From a virus (Duplodnaviria > Heunggongvirae > Uroviricota > Caudoviricetes), in the IMG/VR virus record IMGVR_UViG_2706795442_000001: a stretch of DNA of 64,000 nt. One strand, written 5' to 3'. The notes beneath the pieces are model-generated. The model made no database searches and was not told where the DNA came from. It worked only from the letters and a program-made list of their open reading frames with translations. Below are positions 9,730 through 20,117 of the stretch, in pieces. The position numbers and the translations under genes were made by a program. Each line of letters opens with the position of its first letter. Positions within the stretch are counted from its first letter, which is position 1.

Positions 9730-11286
9730 ATGCACGAAGAAATTCTAATTATAGAAGATGAAAATAAAAACGTATCAGAACCGTTTATTGATTATTTATA
9801 TGAATCTTTTAGCTATGAACATGAAGAAAACGGTGCTCGTTCTATCTCTTTTACTGCCTATAAAACAGATGAAAATCAAGATGTCTATTATTATTTAGTT
9901 AATGATAATTATATTATATATGCAGGACAATATTTTGTTATTAAAAATGTAGCTGTAAAATCAGATAATACAAGTATACAAGCTGACATAACTGCTGAAC
10001 ACATAATATTTGAATTGCAAAATCATTATATAGAAAAGGAAAATGAAGAAGACGCAACAGTTGAAGTTAGTGATGACACGGAATCTGAAACTGAAAAAGT
10101 AATAACAATGACGGCAAAAGAATATATAGAAAATGGTTTAAAAGATAATAAATTAGGATATACTTTTGAATTTATTGGTAAACATGATGTTAAGAAAAAA
10201 GTTGATTCTCTTGGAGAAAAGAATGGTATGGAATATTTAACTTCTGGAGCCGAGACATTTGGCTATATTTATTTTGCCGATAATAAAAATATAAAAATAT
10301 ATGACCAAAAATCATACGGAACAGTAAGTGACACTGTTATTAGATATAAGTATAATACGTCTAATATGGAGCTTACTATGAACTCTGCGGATGTTAAAAC
10401 AGCAATTAAAGGATATGGTAAAAAAATATCTGATAAGGAATTAAAAAATTACAATGATAAAAAAACTAAAGATATGGAATTAAATGGTAATTTTATAAAA
10501 AATGGAACATGGAGAACAGAAAATATAGGAGATAGTTATTCATACACACTGGATTGTAAGTGGGGAGATGAAACATTAATTTGGACACTTAAAAAAATGT
10601 CTAAAGGTGGGACATTAGATGTTTATCTTGACAACAAAAAAATAGGTAGTTATGATTGTTATAGTGAAAATGCTAAAACAGAAAAGAAAACACTTACTAA
10701 AAACCTTTCAAAAGGTAAACATACATTTAAAGCAGTGTTTACTGGAAAGAAAAATGGTGTTGATTATAAAAAATCAAAACCTTGTATGTATATAGGAACT
10801 GAAAAATCTGTTGTTCTTAAAACAGAAAGTAAAAGAACACCAGAGAAAACTTATCATGTTGTATCTGAGTATCGTTCTCCTAACTTTAATCCTAAGTTAC
10901 CAAAATACGCACCTTCTGTTTATTCAGAAGATGTAGTTGATAAAAAAGATTTAGATGAAGAATTAAAAGAAACATTACAAGATAAACCAGTTATAGAATT
11001 ATCCGTTACTTATAACGGACTTGAAAAATTTCAAGAAGATAGTATTATAAGATTTATACATGAACCTACAGGAATTAGTGATGATTTAAGAGTTGTTAGT
11101 TTCAAAAAGTCTTTAGACTTAATGAATCAACCATTAGAGATTGGTTTTAGTAATGCTAAGACAGATATTATAAAAATACAACAACAAATAGATAACAATA
11201 TAAAACTTGCGACAACGCCATTGGGATATGGTAATTCAGCGCCGATTTATTCTTCGGTTATAGGGAGTGTATTAGTAGATGAGTAG
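9730..11286 (+). CDS. tail-associated (Tal-like) baseplate protein
   Basis: RBS AAGGGAGG precedes ATG 9730. The call rests on synteny after Dit; no lytic motif was seen. Confidence 0.4.
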   Translation: MHEEILIIEDENKNVSEPFIDYLYESFSYEHEENGARSISFTAYKTDENQDVYYYLVNDNYIIYAGQYFVIKNVAVKSDNTSIQADITAEHIIFELQNHYIEKENEEDATVEVSDDTESETEKVITMTAKEYIENGLKDNKLGYTFEFIGKHDVKKKVDSLGEKNGMEYLTSGAETFGYIYFADNKNIKIYDQKSYGTVSDTVIRYKYNTSNMELTMNSADVKTAIKGYGKKISDKELKNYNDKKTKDMELNGNFIKNGTWRTENIGDSYSYTLDCKWGDETLIWTLKKMSKGGTLDVYLDNKKIGSYDCYSENAKTEKKTLTKNLSKGKHTFKAVFTGKKNGVDYKKSKPCMYIGTEKSVVLKTESKRTPEKTYHVVSEYRSPNFNPKLPKYAPSVYSEDVVDKKDLDEELKETLQDKPVIELSVTYNGLEKFQEDSIIRFIHEPTGISDDLRVVSFKKSLDLMNQPLEIGFSNAKTDIIKIQQQIDNNIKLATTPLGYGNSAPIYSSVIGSVLVDE

Positions 11287-11908
11287 ATATATTGATATAA
11301 GGAATTTGCAAGATAGTAAAGGAAATGTATATTATCCACAGACACATGCAGAAGCAGTAGAAGGTCTTGATGTGAATGATATTGAGAATTCTATTACTGA
11401 GCTTGAAGGTAGTGTAAACACTATAAATGAAACTTTGTCACAAAAAGCTGATGATTCTCAACAACAAGACGCAATGAATCAGCAACAAGAAAAAATAGAT
11501 GGTTTAGATAAAAACATTCAATTCTTAAATTCTGCATTATCAGATGTAGTAGGAGACACTGGTTGGAAAGATTATCAAGTAGCAAAGGGATTCGATAAGA
11601 ATGGTGGCTTAAAAAGTGGTTTTGAATGTGGAATTAGAGAGATAAGAATTGGAAACAAACAATCTCCTATAGTGAGAATAAGAACGATAAGAATAAACAT
11701 AGGACTACTACCACATAACCTACCTGTTGCAAAACTCCCAATAGGATTTGTTGATGAAGTCATTCGATTTGTTCCAGGTGTTAGTAGTGGACACACTCCA
11801 CCAGTAATCGGGATTGACCCAGACGGAACGGTAAAAGTATATTTCCCATCAGAAGACAGAGACGGAAATCAATGGGTTTATGGACAGTATACATGGATTG
11901 TAAATTAA
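11279..11908 (+). CDS. hypothetical baseplate/tail protein
   Basis: ORF with overlapping start and stop in the structural operon; N-terminus is a coiled coil. Confidence 0.4.
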   Translation: MSRYIDIRNLQDSKGNVYYPQTHAEAVEGLDVNDIENSITELEGSVNTINETLSQKADDSQQQDAMNQQQEKIDGLDKNIQFLNSALSDVVGDTGWKDYQVAKGFDKNGGLKSGFECGIREIRIGNKQSPIVRIRTIRINIGLLPHNLPVAKLPIGFVDEVIRFVPGVSSGHTPPVIGIDPDGTVKVYFPSEDRDGNQWVYGQYTWIVN

Positions 11909-11920
11909 GAAAGGTGGTAA

Positions 11921-14599
11921 ATGATTTTGAGATTGTTTTTAGATTTCCCTGTTGAATTAGGGCAAGAGTTTAGATATAAAACAGTAGAAAATTTCAAAAG
12001 AATCGTTAATGCTCATGGGCGTTTAGTTGATGATTTAGAATACCATAGAAAAGAAGAAAAGCACGCACATGATGCTAAACAAATTGATTACACAACAAGT
12101 TATTCAAGAAGTGTTAGTGACGCATTAGATAAACAGAACAATAGAATCAATAATCTAGTAGTCGGTGCAAATGGAGATGCTATGGCAGAGGTTAAAGATA
12201 GCCGAGTTGCATTAGACGGAACAATAAGTGAATTACTTTCACAAAGACTAGATTATGATTTTGGTAAATTGAATAAAAAAATTGATGATAATTTTAAGTA
12301 TCTTAACGACAAAATTGAACGTATTGTTAATGTTAACGATTATGGTGCTGACCCTACAGGTCAAAAAGATTCAACATTAGCATTCCAAAAAGCATTTGGA
12401 GAAGGTCATAGACATGTTCATATGACAGAAGGTACTTATATTATATCTGGTGTTAAAATGCCTAACTATACGATTTTAAGTGGGGAAGGTAAAGGAATAA
12501 CATATTTAAGGATTGCAGATGATGCGCCAGCTGAAACAATTGGTATAACTAACTTAAATATGGATGGAACAGCTGAATATATTGGTGTTGATAATTTCAC
12601 AATTGACGGAAATAGAACAAGACAAGGGAATACGTTATCTCCAGCTGGTGGTTCACGTTCAAGCAACATTAGATTTGCTGGTGTTAAGCATGGTTTTGCA
12701 TATTCTGTAGAATCATTTAGCAGTTTATTACATGGTATTGATGTAACGTACGCTAGTGATGATTATTTCTATCAAGGAGACGGAATCAGAGTAAAAGAAG
12801 CATTAGAAAGTAAATATATTCATATACAAGAATGTGAAACTTATGATTTCGGAGACGATGGTATTACTACTCATCATAGTAGATACTTAATTCTGCAAAA
12901 TAACTATTCACACGACCCAGTAAAAGATAGTGGGAACCATAACGGGATTGAAGTGGACGATGGTTCACAACATGTGTTTGTAATGGGGAATAAAACAGAA
13001 AAATGTTTTGGTGGTTTAGAGATTAAAGCGCATGAACCTACAAGCGCAGCAAGTGATGTTGTTGTAAGTGACCATCTTGATATTAAAAGTATTCGTTCTT
13101 ATAATATTCGTCATATAGGACATCATAGAGCCGGAGATGTACAATCTAAAACAGCCTATAATATTATGTTGAATAACTGTACTTCATTATATCCTCAATA
13201 TAATGGTTCATATGAGAATACAACACCAAGAGCAATGGTTATTTGTGCTTACAGAAATGTGGTTGTTAATAACTTTACAGCTATTGGCGATGGCAATTTT
13301 ATGGCAAATATGCCAGTTATCGCTGTCCAATTCAGAGCAGAAAACGTTATGCTTAACAATATTAATGTAAGTGGTTTTAAAAATTCATTAGCTGACGTTA
13401 AAGTATTTGGTGGAGCAAATAGACCTAAAAAAGTATCATTATCTAATATCAATATTGTTAATTCATCTAACAATAGAGGTATTGCAGGCGGTGGAAAAAT
13501 TTATGATTTAAGAATTATAAATGCTAACTTGCAAGGTAATGGCACAGGAAATGGCGTTGAATTATATAATAACACAGCTGAAATTGTTGGAGTAAGTGCT
13601 GAGAATTATAAAAGACCAGCAATGATTGCGGGTAAAGAATATTTCTATATGCCCACAAGTCTTAAAGGAGGATTCAGTGGGGGGAGCACAGGTGGTGCAG
13701 CTATTGCTGAAAGAAGTGCTGTTATTGCCTCTACTGGTGGTTCCTTTGCTCATAGTAACCGTTCTTTTGTTATAGGCTCTGGTGCTGGTAGTATTGCTAA
13801 TGGTTCACGTTCTGGTGTTATTAGTTCATTGTCATCTGTTATTGAGCCAGGCGGACATACTAGAATGATTATTAATAGTAAAAACATGAAAAACAGTGAA
13901 AACTATCACATTAAAGCTGGTTATGGAGCTGACGGTCCACCAAGTGAATCAAATACTAAACTTGATATTAGTACATTTACTGGTACAATCAAGACAGCAG
14001 GACAAGTTCAATCTGGACAAAACTTTGGGGACTATGCCGAGTATTTTGAATCACAAAGTGGTATGGCAATTCCTACTGGTAATATAGTTACACTTGATGG
14101 TAGATTTATAAGAAAAGCACAAGTCAATGATATTCCAATCGGTGTTATATCTGAGACAGCAGGAGTTATTTTAGGGGACCAAATGTTCCACCATAAAGAC
14201 AAATATCTTAAAAATGAATTTGGCGGAGTTATTACTGAAAATGTCAAAAAAGAATGGCAAGATGATGCTGGTAATTGGTATTCAGATACAGTAGAAATGC
14301 CAGTTAAAAATCCAGATTTTGACGAACGAGACGAAGAAGAATATCTGTCTCGTGCTGAACGACCAGAATGGAACGTTGTAGGTCTTATAGGTCAAGTATA
14401 TATTAGAATAGATGGTACTGTCAAAGAAAATGATTATATTAAGCCAGTAAACGGTGTCGGAACTAAAGATAATATTAATGGTTATTATAGAGTTGAACAA
14501 ATTACTACCCCATATGATAACGATAAAGGTTATGGTGTGGCAATTGCATTTATCCACCCTATTACACCAAGCATAATTAATAAAGGAAGTGTTAAATAA
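11921..14599 (+). CDS. tail fibre / receptor-binding protein with a pectate-lyase-like right-handed beta-helix domain
   Basis: Motif NVNDYGADPTGQKDSTLAFQKAF is typical of pectate_lyase_3 / tailspike beta-helix N-termini. Protein is 892 aa. Confidence 0.6.
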   Translation: MILRLFLDFPVELGQEFRYKTVENFKRIVNAHGRLVDDLEYHRKEEKHAHDAKQIDYTTSYSRSVSDALDKQNNRINNLVVGANGDAMAEVKDSRVALDGTISELLSQRLDYDFGKLNKKIDDNFKYLNDKIERIVNVNDYGADPTGQKDSTLAFQKAFGEGHRHVHMTEGTYIISGVKMPNYTILSGEGKGITYLRIADDAPAETIGITNLNMDGTAEYIGVDNFTIDGNRTRQGNTLSPAGGSRSSNIRFAGVKHGFAYSVESFSSLLHGIDVTYASDDYFYQGDGIRVKEALESKYIHIQECETYDFGDDGITTHHSRYLILQNNYSHDPVKDSGNHNGIEVDDGSQHVFVMGNKTEKCFGGLEIKAHEPTSAASDVVVSDHLDIKSIRSYNIRHIGHHRAGDVQSKTAYNIMLNNCTSLYPQYNGSYENTTPRAMVICAYRNVVVNNFTAIGDGNFMANMPVIAVQFRAENVMLNNINVSGFKNSLADVKVFGGANRPKKVSLSNINIVNSSNNRGIAGGGKIYDLRIINANLQGNGTGNGVELYNNTAEIVGVSAENYKRPAMIAGKEYFYMPTSLKGGFSGGSTGGAAIAERSAVIASTGGSFAHSNRSFVIGSGAGSIANGSRSGVISSLSSVIEPGGHTRMIINSKNMKNSENYHIKAGYGADGPPSESNTKLDISTFTGTIKTAGQVQSGQNFGDYAEYFESQSGMAIPTGNIVTLDGRFIRKAQVNDIPIGVISETAGVILGDQMFHHKDKYLKNEFGGVITENVKKEWQDDAGNWYSDTVEMPVKNPDFDERDEEEYLSRAERPEWNVVGLIGQVYIRIDGTVKENDYIKPVNGVGTKDNINGYYRVEQITTPYDNDKGYGVAIAFIHPITPSIINKGSVK

Positions 14600-16332
14600 T
14601 GGCATCAGAAGAAATTAAAAAGACCGCTGTCATTAACATGTATGATTCTCCTTACGCTAAGGCTACCCACGATTCTGGGGTAGTCTTTTATAATTTAGAT
14701 ATAGCTACTGCTGTATTGGAGTTTCATATTAAAAAAGACAATTTTCCACTACAAATAAGTGATAAGAACGTAGACACTTATGTTTATTTAAAAGGAACTG
14801 ACAGAAACGGTAATCCTTATGGTAGACAATTAGATGTTGAATATATTGACCCATTTAATGGTATTGTATCTTTAACAGTTCCAAATGATTATCTACAAAC
14901 TGTTAATAATTCAACTGTAACAGGTCAAATGTATATTAGTTTGCATAGAGATAATAGAGTACCAGAAACAAAATCTGACACAGCAGTATTAAATGAATTT
15001 AAATTCAAAGTAAGGGATTCTCTTATTAACAGCATATCTGGTGTAACTAAGATTGAATATATAAGAATGTTTGATAAGTTAAGAGATGAAATCCAAAAAA
15101 GAATTAGTGACATTGAAGAAGCTATAGCAAATGGCGAAGATTATGTTGCAGAAATGAAAACAGTTTTATCAGACGGAACAAAACTTATAAAAGACACAGC
15201 AGATAAAGCAGTAGACACTGTTAATACCACTTCAGACAATGCTATTAACACAGTAAACACTACTAAAGATTCAGCAGTTAACACAATAACGAGTGCTCGT
15301 GATGAAGTGTTAAACGCTATTAACGATAATGAAGTAGTAAGAAAAACTGAAATGTCTGGTTACTTTGATGAACAAGATTGGCAAAAATATAAATTAACTG
15401 AAGACAATGGTAACATTACGACTTTATCTGACACTGTAGATATGAATACATTAGAACAATTAGATAAAACAGGTTTTTATTATTGCTCAAACTTAATAAA
15501 CGTACCTGATGAAAAGAGTAACTATGGATATATAAATGTGTATAAACAAGGCAAAGATTATGGATATGCTGTTTATAGGGATTATAATTCAAGTGATTTG
15601 TACATTAATATGAAGTATCATGCTAAGTGGAACGGTTGGAAATTATTAAACAGAGATTATGAAAAAGATTTAAATTGGCAAAAATATAAGTTCACTGAAG
15701 ATGATGGAACAATAAAATATATATCAAAAGGGTCTATAACAGATGTAAAAACTTTACCACCGGGTTTTTACGAAACTGTATCTAACGATGATGCATCAAG
15801 TCAAGATATGCCTTTAGATAACAGTTATGTACAAATAAAAGTATGGGAAGCTAACGAAGGACGAAAAGAGATAGAGCTTACTTCTACTTATAATAACAAA
15901 AAATACTTTAGACTGCTCCATACAAACGGCGATAGAGATTCGGGCTGGATAGAAGTAGGTCCTACACAAGAAGACACAGGTTGGATTCCATTCCAACTAT
16001 TAAACGGCGCTCAATCAAATACTGAATATAGCGATAGTTTAGGGAATGGTTTTAAATGTTCTTATAGAACTGTTGTTAACGGTAGTCTTGTTACGAACTA
16101 TTTAAGAATAAATGGTAGAAATATACAAACTGATACTGTTATTGCAAAAATACCAGAAAAAATGGTAAAACATGCTCAAACATTTATACCTAGAACGCCT
16201 ACAAATAGACCTATGGGATATATTATATTATATACTAATGGAGAAGTTAAGTTTTTTGTAAACAGTGGTACTGGGACAGCTTCTTGGGACAGTAGTGCAT
16301 ATATGTATGGAGAGTTTAGTTGGACTAATTAA
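14599..16332 (+). CDS. tail fibre / receptor-binding protein with internal duplications
   Basis: Start overlaps the previous stop. Short VNTT/INTV repeats occur at about 15180-15300. Two duplicated modules of about 100 aa each begin with WQKYK(L/F)TEDxG. Confidence 0.5.
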   Translation: MASEEIKKTAVINMYDSPYAKATHDSGVVFYNLDIATAVLEFHIKKDNFPLQISDKNVDTYVYLKGTDRNGNPYGRQLDVEYIDPFNGIVSLTVPNDYLQTVNNSTVTGQMYISLHRDNRVPETKSDTAVLNEFKFKVRDSLINSISGVTKIEYIRMFDKLRDEIQKRISDIEEAIANGEDYVAEMKTVLSDGTKLIKDTADKAVDTVNTTSDNAINTVNTTKDSAVNTITSARDEVLNAINDNEVVRKTEMSGYFDEQDWQKYKLTEDNGNITTLSDTVDMNTLEQLDKTGFYYCSNLINVPDEKSNYGYINVYKQGKDYGYAVYRDYNSSDLYINMKYHAKWNGWKLLNRDYEKDLNWQKYKFTEDDGTIKYISKGSITDVKTLPPGFYETVSNDDASSQDMPLDNSYVQIKVWEANEGRKEIELTSTYNNKKYFRLLHTNGDRDSGWIEVGPTQEDTGWIPFQLLNGAQSNTEYSDSLGNGFKCSYRTVVNGSLVTNYLRINGRNIQTDTVIAKIPEKMVKHAQTFIPRTPTNRPMGYIILYTNGEVKFFVNSGTGTASWDSSAYMYGEFSWTN

Positions 16333-16345
16333 GGAGGGTTATATA

Positions 16346-16774
16346 ATGGATTTTAAACAAGTTTTTTTATATGATGGAACACCATATTTAGCATTTCGTG
16401 GCTCCGATGGGGAATATGATTATCCTAATGACGAGTGGACAGAAACTCCACCACCAGAAGGATTATATGAGCCTATATATTTTAATGGGAATGAGTGGAA
16501 AGGTGCAAGTAAAGAAGAATGGGAAAAGTCTATACAAAAGAAGAAGGAAGAAGAGTTATCTAAACTTCCACCGTATGAACCAACACCTATAGAACGTTTA
16601 GCTGCAACGTCACAGTTACAAACTGCTAAAACAGCAAGAAGACTACAGACATTAGAACAGACACAAGCAAAAAATTTAGTCAACGATGCCGAAAAAGACA
16701 GAAAGATAAAAGTTTTAGAAGAGCAAGTGGCTAGATTGATGCTTGAATTAACTAAAAAAGGAAGTGTTGAATAA
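16346..16774 (+). CDS. hypothetical protein in the XkdW position
   Basis: RBS AAGGAGGG precedes ATG 16346. Sits directly upstream of an XkdX-like gene. The C-terminus is a coiled coil. Confidence 0.35.
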   Translation: MDFKQVFLYDGTPYLAFRGSDGEYDYPNDEWTETPPPEGLYEPIYFNGNEWKGASKEEWEKSIQKKKEEELSKLPPYEPTPIERLAATSQLQTAKTARRLQTLEQTQAKNLVNDAEKDRKIKVLEEQVARLMLELTKKGSVE

Positions 16775-16926
16775 TGTATCCAGGTTTTGACGCTATTAAA
16801 TATTTTTATGATATTAATTGCTATACTAATGAAGATATTCAAACATATGTAGAATTAGGTTGTATTAATAAAGAAGAATATAAAAAAATCACTAAAGAAG
16901 ACTATCCAGAAGACACTGAATTATAG
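16774..16926 (+). CDS. XkdX-family small protein (50 aa)
   Basis: A TAATG overlap joins it to the upstream gene. Sequence MYPGFDAIKYFYDINCYTNEDIQTYVELGCINKEEYKKITKEDYPED fits the PBSX XkdX pattern. Not in the ORF track because it is under 60 aa. Confidence 0.5.
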   Translation: MYPGFDAIKYFYDINCYTNEDIQTYVELGCINKEEYKKITKEDYPEDTEL

Positions 16927-16937
16927 TAGGTGTTATT

Positions 16938-17141
16938 ATGATAATTAAATTAAAAGATAATAAAAATTTATCTGATTTAGACGCTACTATTTATATAATT
17001 ATAAATGGTGGCGTTTTTAAATATAGAACTTTTGTTCATAATGATAATGTGATTTTTATTGAAAAATATTTCGACAATATATATAAATTATATATAGATA
17101 CGAAAGAATTTAACGTAGAAAATATAGAAATAGGAGAGTAA
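16938..17141 (+). CDS. hypothetical protein
   Basis: ORF in the operon context. Confidence 0.35.
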   Translation: MIIKLKDNKNLSDLDATIYIIINGGVFKYRTFVHNDNVIFIEKYFDNIYKLYIDTKEFNVENIEIGE

Positions 17142-17145
17142 TATA

Positions 17146-17721
17146 ATGGAAAAGAAACTAAGACTTTTTTCTAAAGACGGTAAAGTATTAAAAACATCAA
17201 ATGCTATTGAAGATAAGACAGGACAAATAGTAATTGATGAATTAACTCCTAATACACAATATAACGATGGAGACTTTAAAGTTGCTTGGGTTATAGATGG
17301 TAAAGAAACAGGTAAAACAGATGTTCCATCATTTAAAACTTTAGATAATCCAGAAAGAATTGTTGTTGTTACGTTCAACGGATTAGACGAACTAGACATA
17401 GAAGCACTAAAAGGACAAGACGGTACTGATGGAGAAGATGGGAAATCTATCACAGTTACTAGTTCTGATTTAGATGAGCAGGGGAACACGGTAATCACTT
17501 TTAGTGACAATACTAAAGTAACAGTTAACAAAGGTAAAGATGGTCAAGACGGAAAATCATTTAATGTTTCAGATTTAACAGAAGATGATTATAAAAAAAT
17601 ACTTGATTATGGTGTAGCAAATGGTTATTTTAAAGAACAAGTAAATGCTGAAAATATTGTTATGAGTGAAACCGAACCAGAAGACAAATCAAAAATTTGG
17701 ATAGATACTAGTAATCAATAA
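17146..17721 (+). CDS. structural protein with collagen-like G-x-x repeats
   Basis: Motifs GQDGTDGEDGKS and GKDGQDGKS are present. Confidence 0.45.
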   Translation: MEKKLRLFSKDGKVLKTSNAIEDKTGQIVIDELTPNTQYNDGDFKVAWVIDGKETGKTDVPSFKTLDNPERIVVVTFNGLDELDIEALKGQDGTDGEDGKSITVTSSDLDEQGNTVITFSDNTKVTVNKGKDGQDGKSFNVSDLTEDDYKKILDYGVANGYFKEQVNAENIVMSETEPEDKSKIWIDTSNQ

Positions 17722-17745
17722 AAGATAAAAGGAGTATAAAAAATA

Positions 17746-18183
17746 ATGAAGAATGGAATATTTTCTGATTCAGAAAAACTATCTACTATTCTTCTTATCA
17801 TTCTTGGTTTAATACCGGCTTCAAGAGGTGTTTATTGGATAACAAACAGTCAAGTGGCTATTGATGATTCTCCTTTATATGAAAAATTAGATAGTATAGC
17901 TCCTTTATTTGTGTGGGGGCTACCTATTTTAATAGGAGGATTATTCTTAATAGTAGCGAGTATATTTATAGTATCGCCCAAAACAAGAACTCATTATTAT
18001 ATATTTCTTATAATTGGAGGATTGTTATGTGGTCTAGGTTCTATTGTAATAGCTGCTGCGTCAGTTGAGAACAACTTAAATTGGCTGACGCCAGTTCATA
18101 ACACGTGTTTATCTATAGGCTTTTTTGCAATAACTTGGATAGGGATTAGTTCTCTGTGGAACCAGAAAAAAGAAAAGACTTAG
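17746..18183 (+). CDS. membrane protein with four predicted TM helices
   Basis: RBS AAGGAG is present. Four hydrophobic segments are visible. Confidence 0.5.
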   Translation: MKNGIFSDSEKLSTILLIILGLIPASRGVYWITNSQVAIDDSPLYEKLDSIAPLFVWGLPILIGGLFLIVASIFIVSPKTRTHYYIFLIIGGLLCGLGSIVIAAASVENNLNWLTPVHNTCLSIGFFAITWIGISSLWNQKKEKT

Positions 18184-18611
18184 ACTATTCTTATTACGTT
18201 CCTAGACATGAATTTGAGATTGAAAAAAATGAAATTTATAAGGATTTAAACAAAAAAGCCGAAACACTTAGAGATAAAATTGAAGAAGTTGATGATAAGC
18301 ATTTACAAAACTTTCATCAAATACAAAGAAATTTAGACCAATATGTAAGAAGTACAGATAGCTTAAATGAAAGTGTTAGAGAACTTAATCAAAGTTTTAA
18401 TACAATGTCTAAAACGATAAATGAAAATATCGGAGACATTAAAGATGTTAAAACTAGAGTAGAAAAAACAGAATCAACTATAACTGAAAAAGAATTATTA
18501 AAAGAACAAAGAAGAATAGAAATAATAAAATCATTCTTTGCTCTCATTACTACTCTATTAGGTGCTGGTGGATTAATTTCATGGCTAGGTCCTTTAATAT
18601 TTGGAAAATAA
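18156..18611 (+). CDS. XhlA-like protein (coiled coil plus C-terminal TM helix)
   Basis: C-terminus reads IIKSFFALITTLLGAGGLISWLGPLIF, preceded by a coiled coil. It sits upstream of the holin, as XhlA does in PBSX. Confidence 0.45.
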   Translation: MEPEKRKDLDYSYYVPRHEFEIEKNEIYKDLNKKAETLRDKIEEVDDKHLQNFHQIQRNLDQYVRSTDSLNESVRELNQSFNTMSKTINENIGDIKDVKTRVEKTESTITEKELLKEQRRIEIIKSFFALITTLLGAGGLISWLGPLIFGK

Positions 18612-18632
18612 TTATAGAAAGGAATTAATAAA

Positions 18633-19112
18633 ATGTCAAAAATTAATTGGAAAGTAAGAGCTAAAAAGAAATCATTTTGGGTTGCTATTGTATCAGCAGT
18701 CGCTCTTTTCATTAACAATATTACTGGTGCGTTTGGGTTAGATTATTCAGCGCAAGTTCAAACTGGTGTTGATATTGTTAGTACAATTTTAACATTGTTA
18801 GCAGGTCTTGGTATTGTTACTGATATGACTACTAAAGGAATTGGAGATAGTGAGATTGCGCAAACTTATTCTAAACCACGTAACTCCAAAGACCCAGAGC
18901 AATATGTTGATTGGATGAAAAATAACGCAACAGATATTACACCAGAAAGACAAGAAAAAGAAGCAGAGGAATATGATACTAGCAAACCTTTTACTGATGA
19001 TAGCGATGAAGTAGAATTTGACGTATCTGATTATGAACATGAAGATATTGGTATTCATGGTAAAAGTGGAATGCACGATGAAAAAATAAACGAAAAAGAA
19101 GTAGATAAGTAG
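18633..19112 (+). CDS. holin, SPP1/phiLC3 family
   Basis: N-terminus MSKINWKVRAKKKSFWVAIVSA… and the DPTT-like motif GIVTDMTTKGIGDS are hallmarks of this family. The C-tail is acidic. Confidence 0.8.
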   Translation: MSKINWKVRAKKKSFWVAIVSAVALFINNITGAFGLDYSAQVQTGVDIVSTILTLLAGLGIVTDMTTKGIGDSEIAQTYSKPRNSKDPEQYVDWMKNNATDITPERQEKEAEEYDTSKPFTDDSDEVEFDVSDYEHEDIGIHGKSGMHDEKINEKEVDK

Positions 19113-19120
19113 AGTTACAG

Positions 19121-19155
19121 AGCAGACTAGTTTTATACTAGTCTGTCTTATTTAT
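19121..19155 (+). terminator. intrinsic terminator after the holin
   Basis: Stem CAGACTAGT…ACTAGTCTG followed by TCTTATTTATT. Confidence 0.55.
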
Positions 19156-19175
19156 TATAAAAAAGGAGACAGATT

Positions 19176-19700
19176 ATGGCTATTATTAAAACATTTGACA
19201 AAGAAAAACAACAATGGTTAGAAGTTTTTGCTAGACCAGTTGCTGAAGAAGTAGTTAAGATAATGAAAGATGATTGGTTATCTAATAAGAAAACAATTGA
19301 CTATTGGTTATTACAATATACAGAGGGGGTAGCCGAGCCTATACAAGTTGCTATATTTACTGATGGCAATGAAGTTGATGATACGCTAAAAAGTAATTTA
19401 GAATGGGCTTTTAACGATTATATATCTGGCTTGGAAAATAAGAAATTATTTAACTTACAAGATTTTATAAATGATTGTCATAGCAGAAAAATAGATTTGC
19501 CTAAACAATTTAAAGTTAATGCCGCAGTTCAATTTGACAGTTTAGACTATCCTATTCATTTGCAAGAAATAGACAATATGACTACTAATGTTGATGTAAT
19601 AGGTATGTTAGATGAATCTTCTAAAGGTTCAATTGAAGTGAAATATATTTACAATGACCACCCTATAGAAGATAAAAAATTAGTAAAAGAAAATAAATAG
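19176..19700 (+). CDS. hypothetical protein
   Basis: RBS AAAGGAGA is present; ORF is 174 aa. Confidence 0.5.
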   Translation: MAIIKTFDKEKQQWLEVFARPVAEEVVKIMKDDWLSNKKTIDYWLLQYTEGVAEPIQVAIFTDGNEVDDTLKSNLEWAFNDYISGLENKKLFNLQDFINDCHSRKIDLPKQFKVNAAVQFDSLDYPIHLQEIDNMTTNVDVIGMLDESSKGSIEVKYIYNDHPIEDKKLVKENK

Positions 19701-19712
19701 GAGGGGTAATAT

Positions 19713-19800
19713 ATGGTGGCAACTTTAACGCATAAAGAAGCCGTAGAATATGTTAAATCATTAGAAGGAAAATATGTTGACTTTGATGGTTGGTATGGGT
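19713..19800 (+). CDS. endolysin exon 1 (start of the CHAP domain)
   Basis: RBS AGGAGGGG precedes ATG 19713. Exon ends …YVDFDGWYG followed by a single T, then hits a stop in the intron. Confidence 0.7.
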
Positions 19801-20117
19801 TAATTGGTAGCCCATGTAAAACTTTTTGAATTGCTGGAAACCCCTAACGTAAAGACGAGGGCAATCAGCAGCGAAGCTCACATGGTAACAGTGTGTGAAC
19901 GTTCAACGACTATGTACTATCAATTGATAGGCAGCGGAAAGCGTTTGACAAATATATACTCCTGTGATATAATGTTTTAATATGAAAATTTTGTCAAATA
20001 ATGATATAGTCTGGTCTCATATGAAAATATGAGGCTTTCTTTATGAAAGCTATTAAATGTTATACAATATTATATAGAAATATATAATAGGAAAGGCATT
20101 TAATAAAACAAAAAACG
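19801..20117 (+). mobile_element. group I intron (ORF-less) in the endolysin gene
   Basis: Intron 5' region reads uaAUUGGUaGCCCAUG. AUUGGU pairs with the 3' exon start ACCAAU (P10). GCCCAUG pairs with the 5' exon end UAUGGGU (P1), with U.G at the splice site. The intron ends in G. Splicing recreates DFDGWYG-Y-QCFDL, the CHAP catalytic Cys context. Confidence 0.7.
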
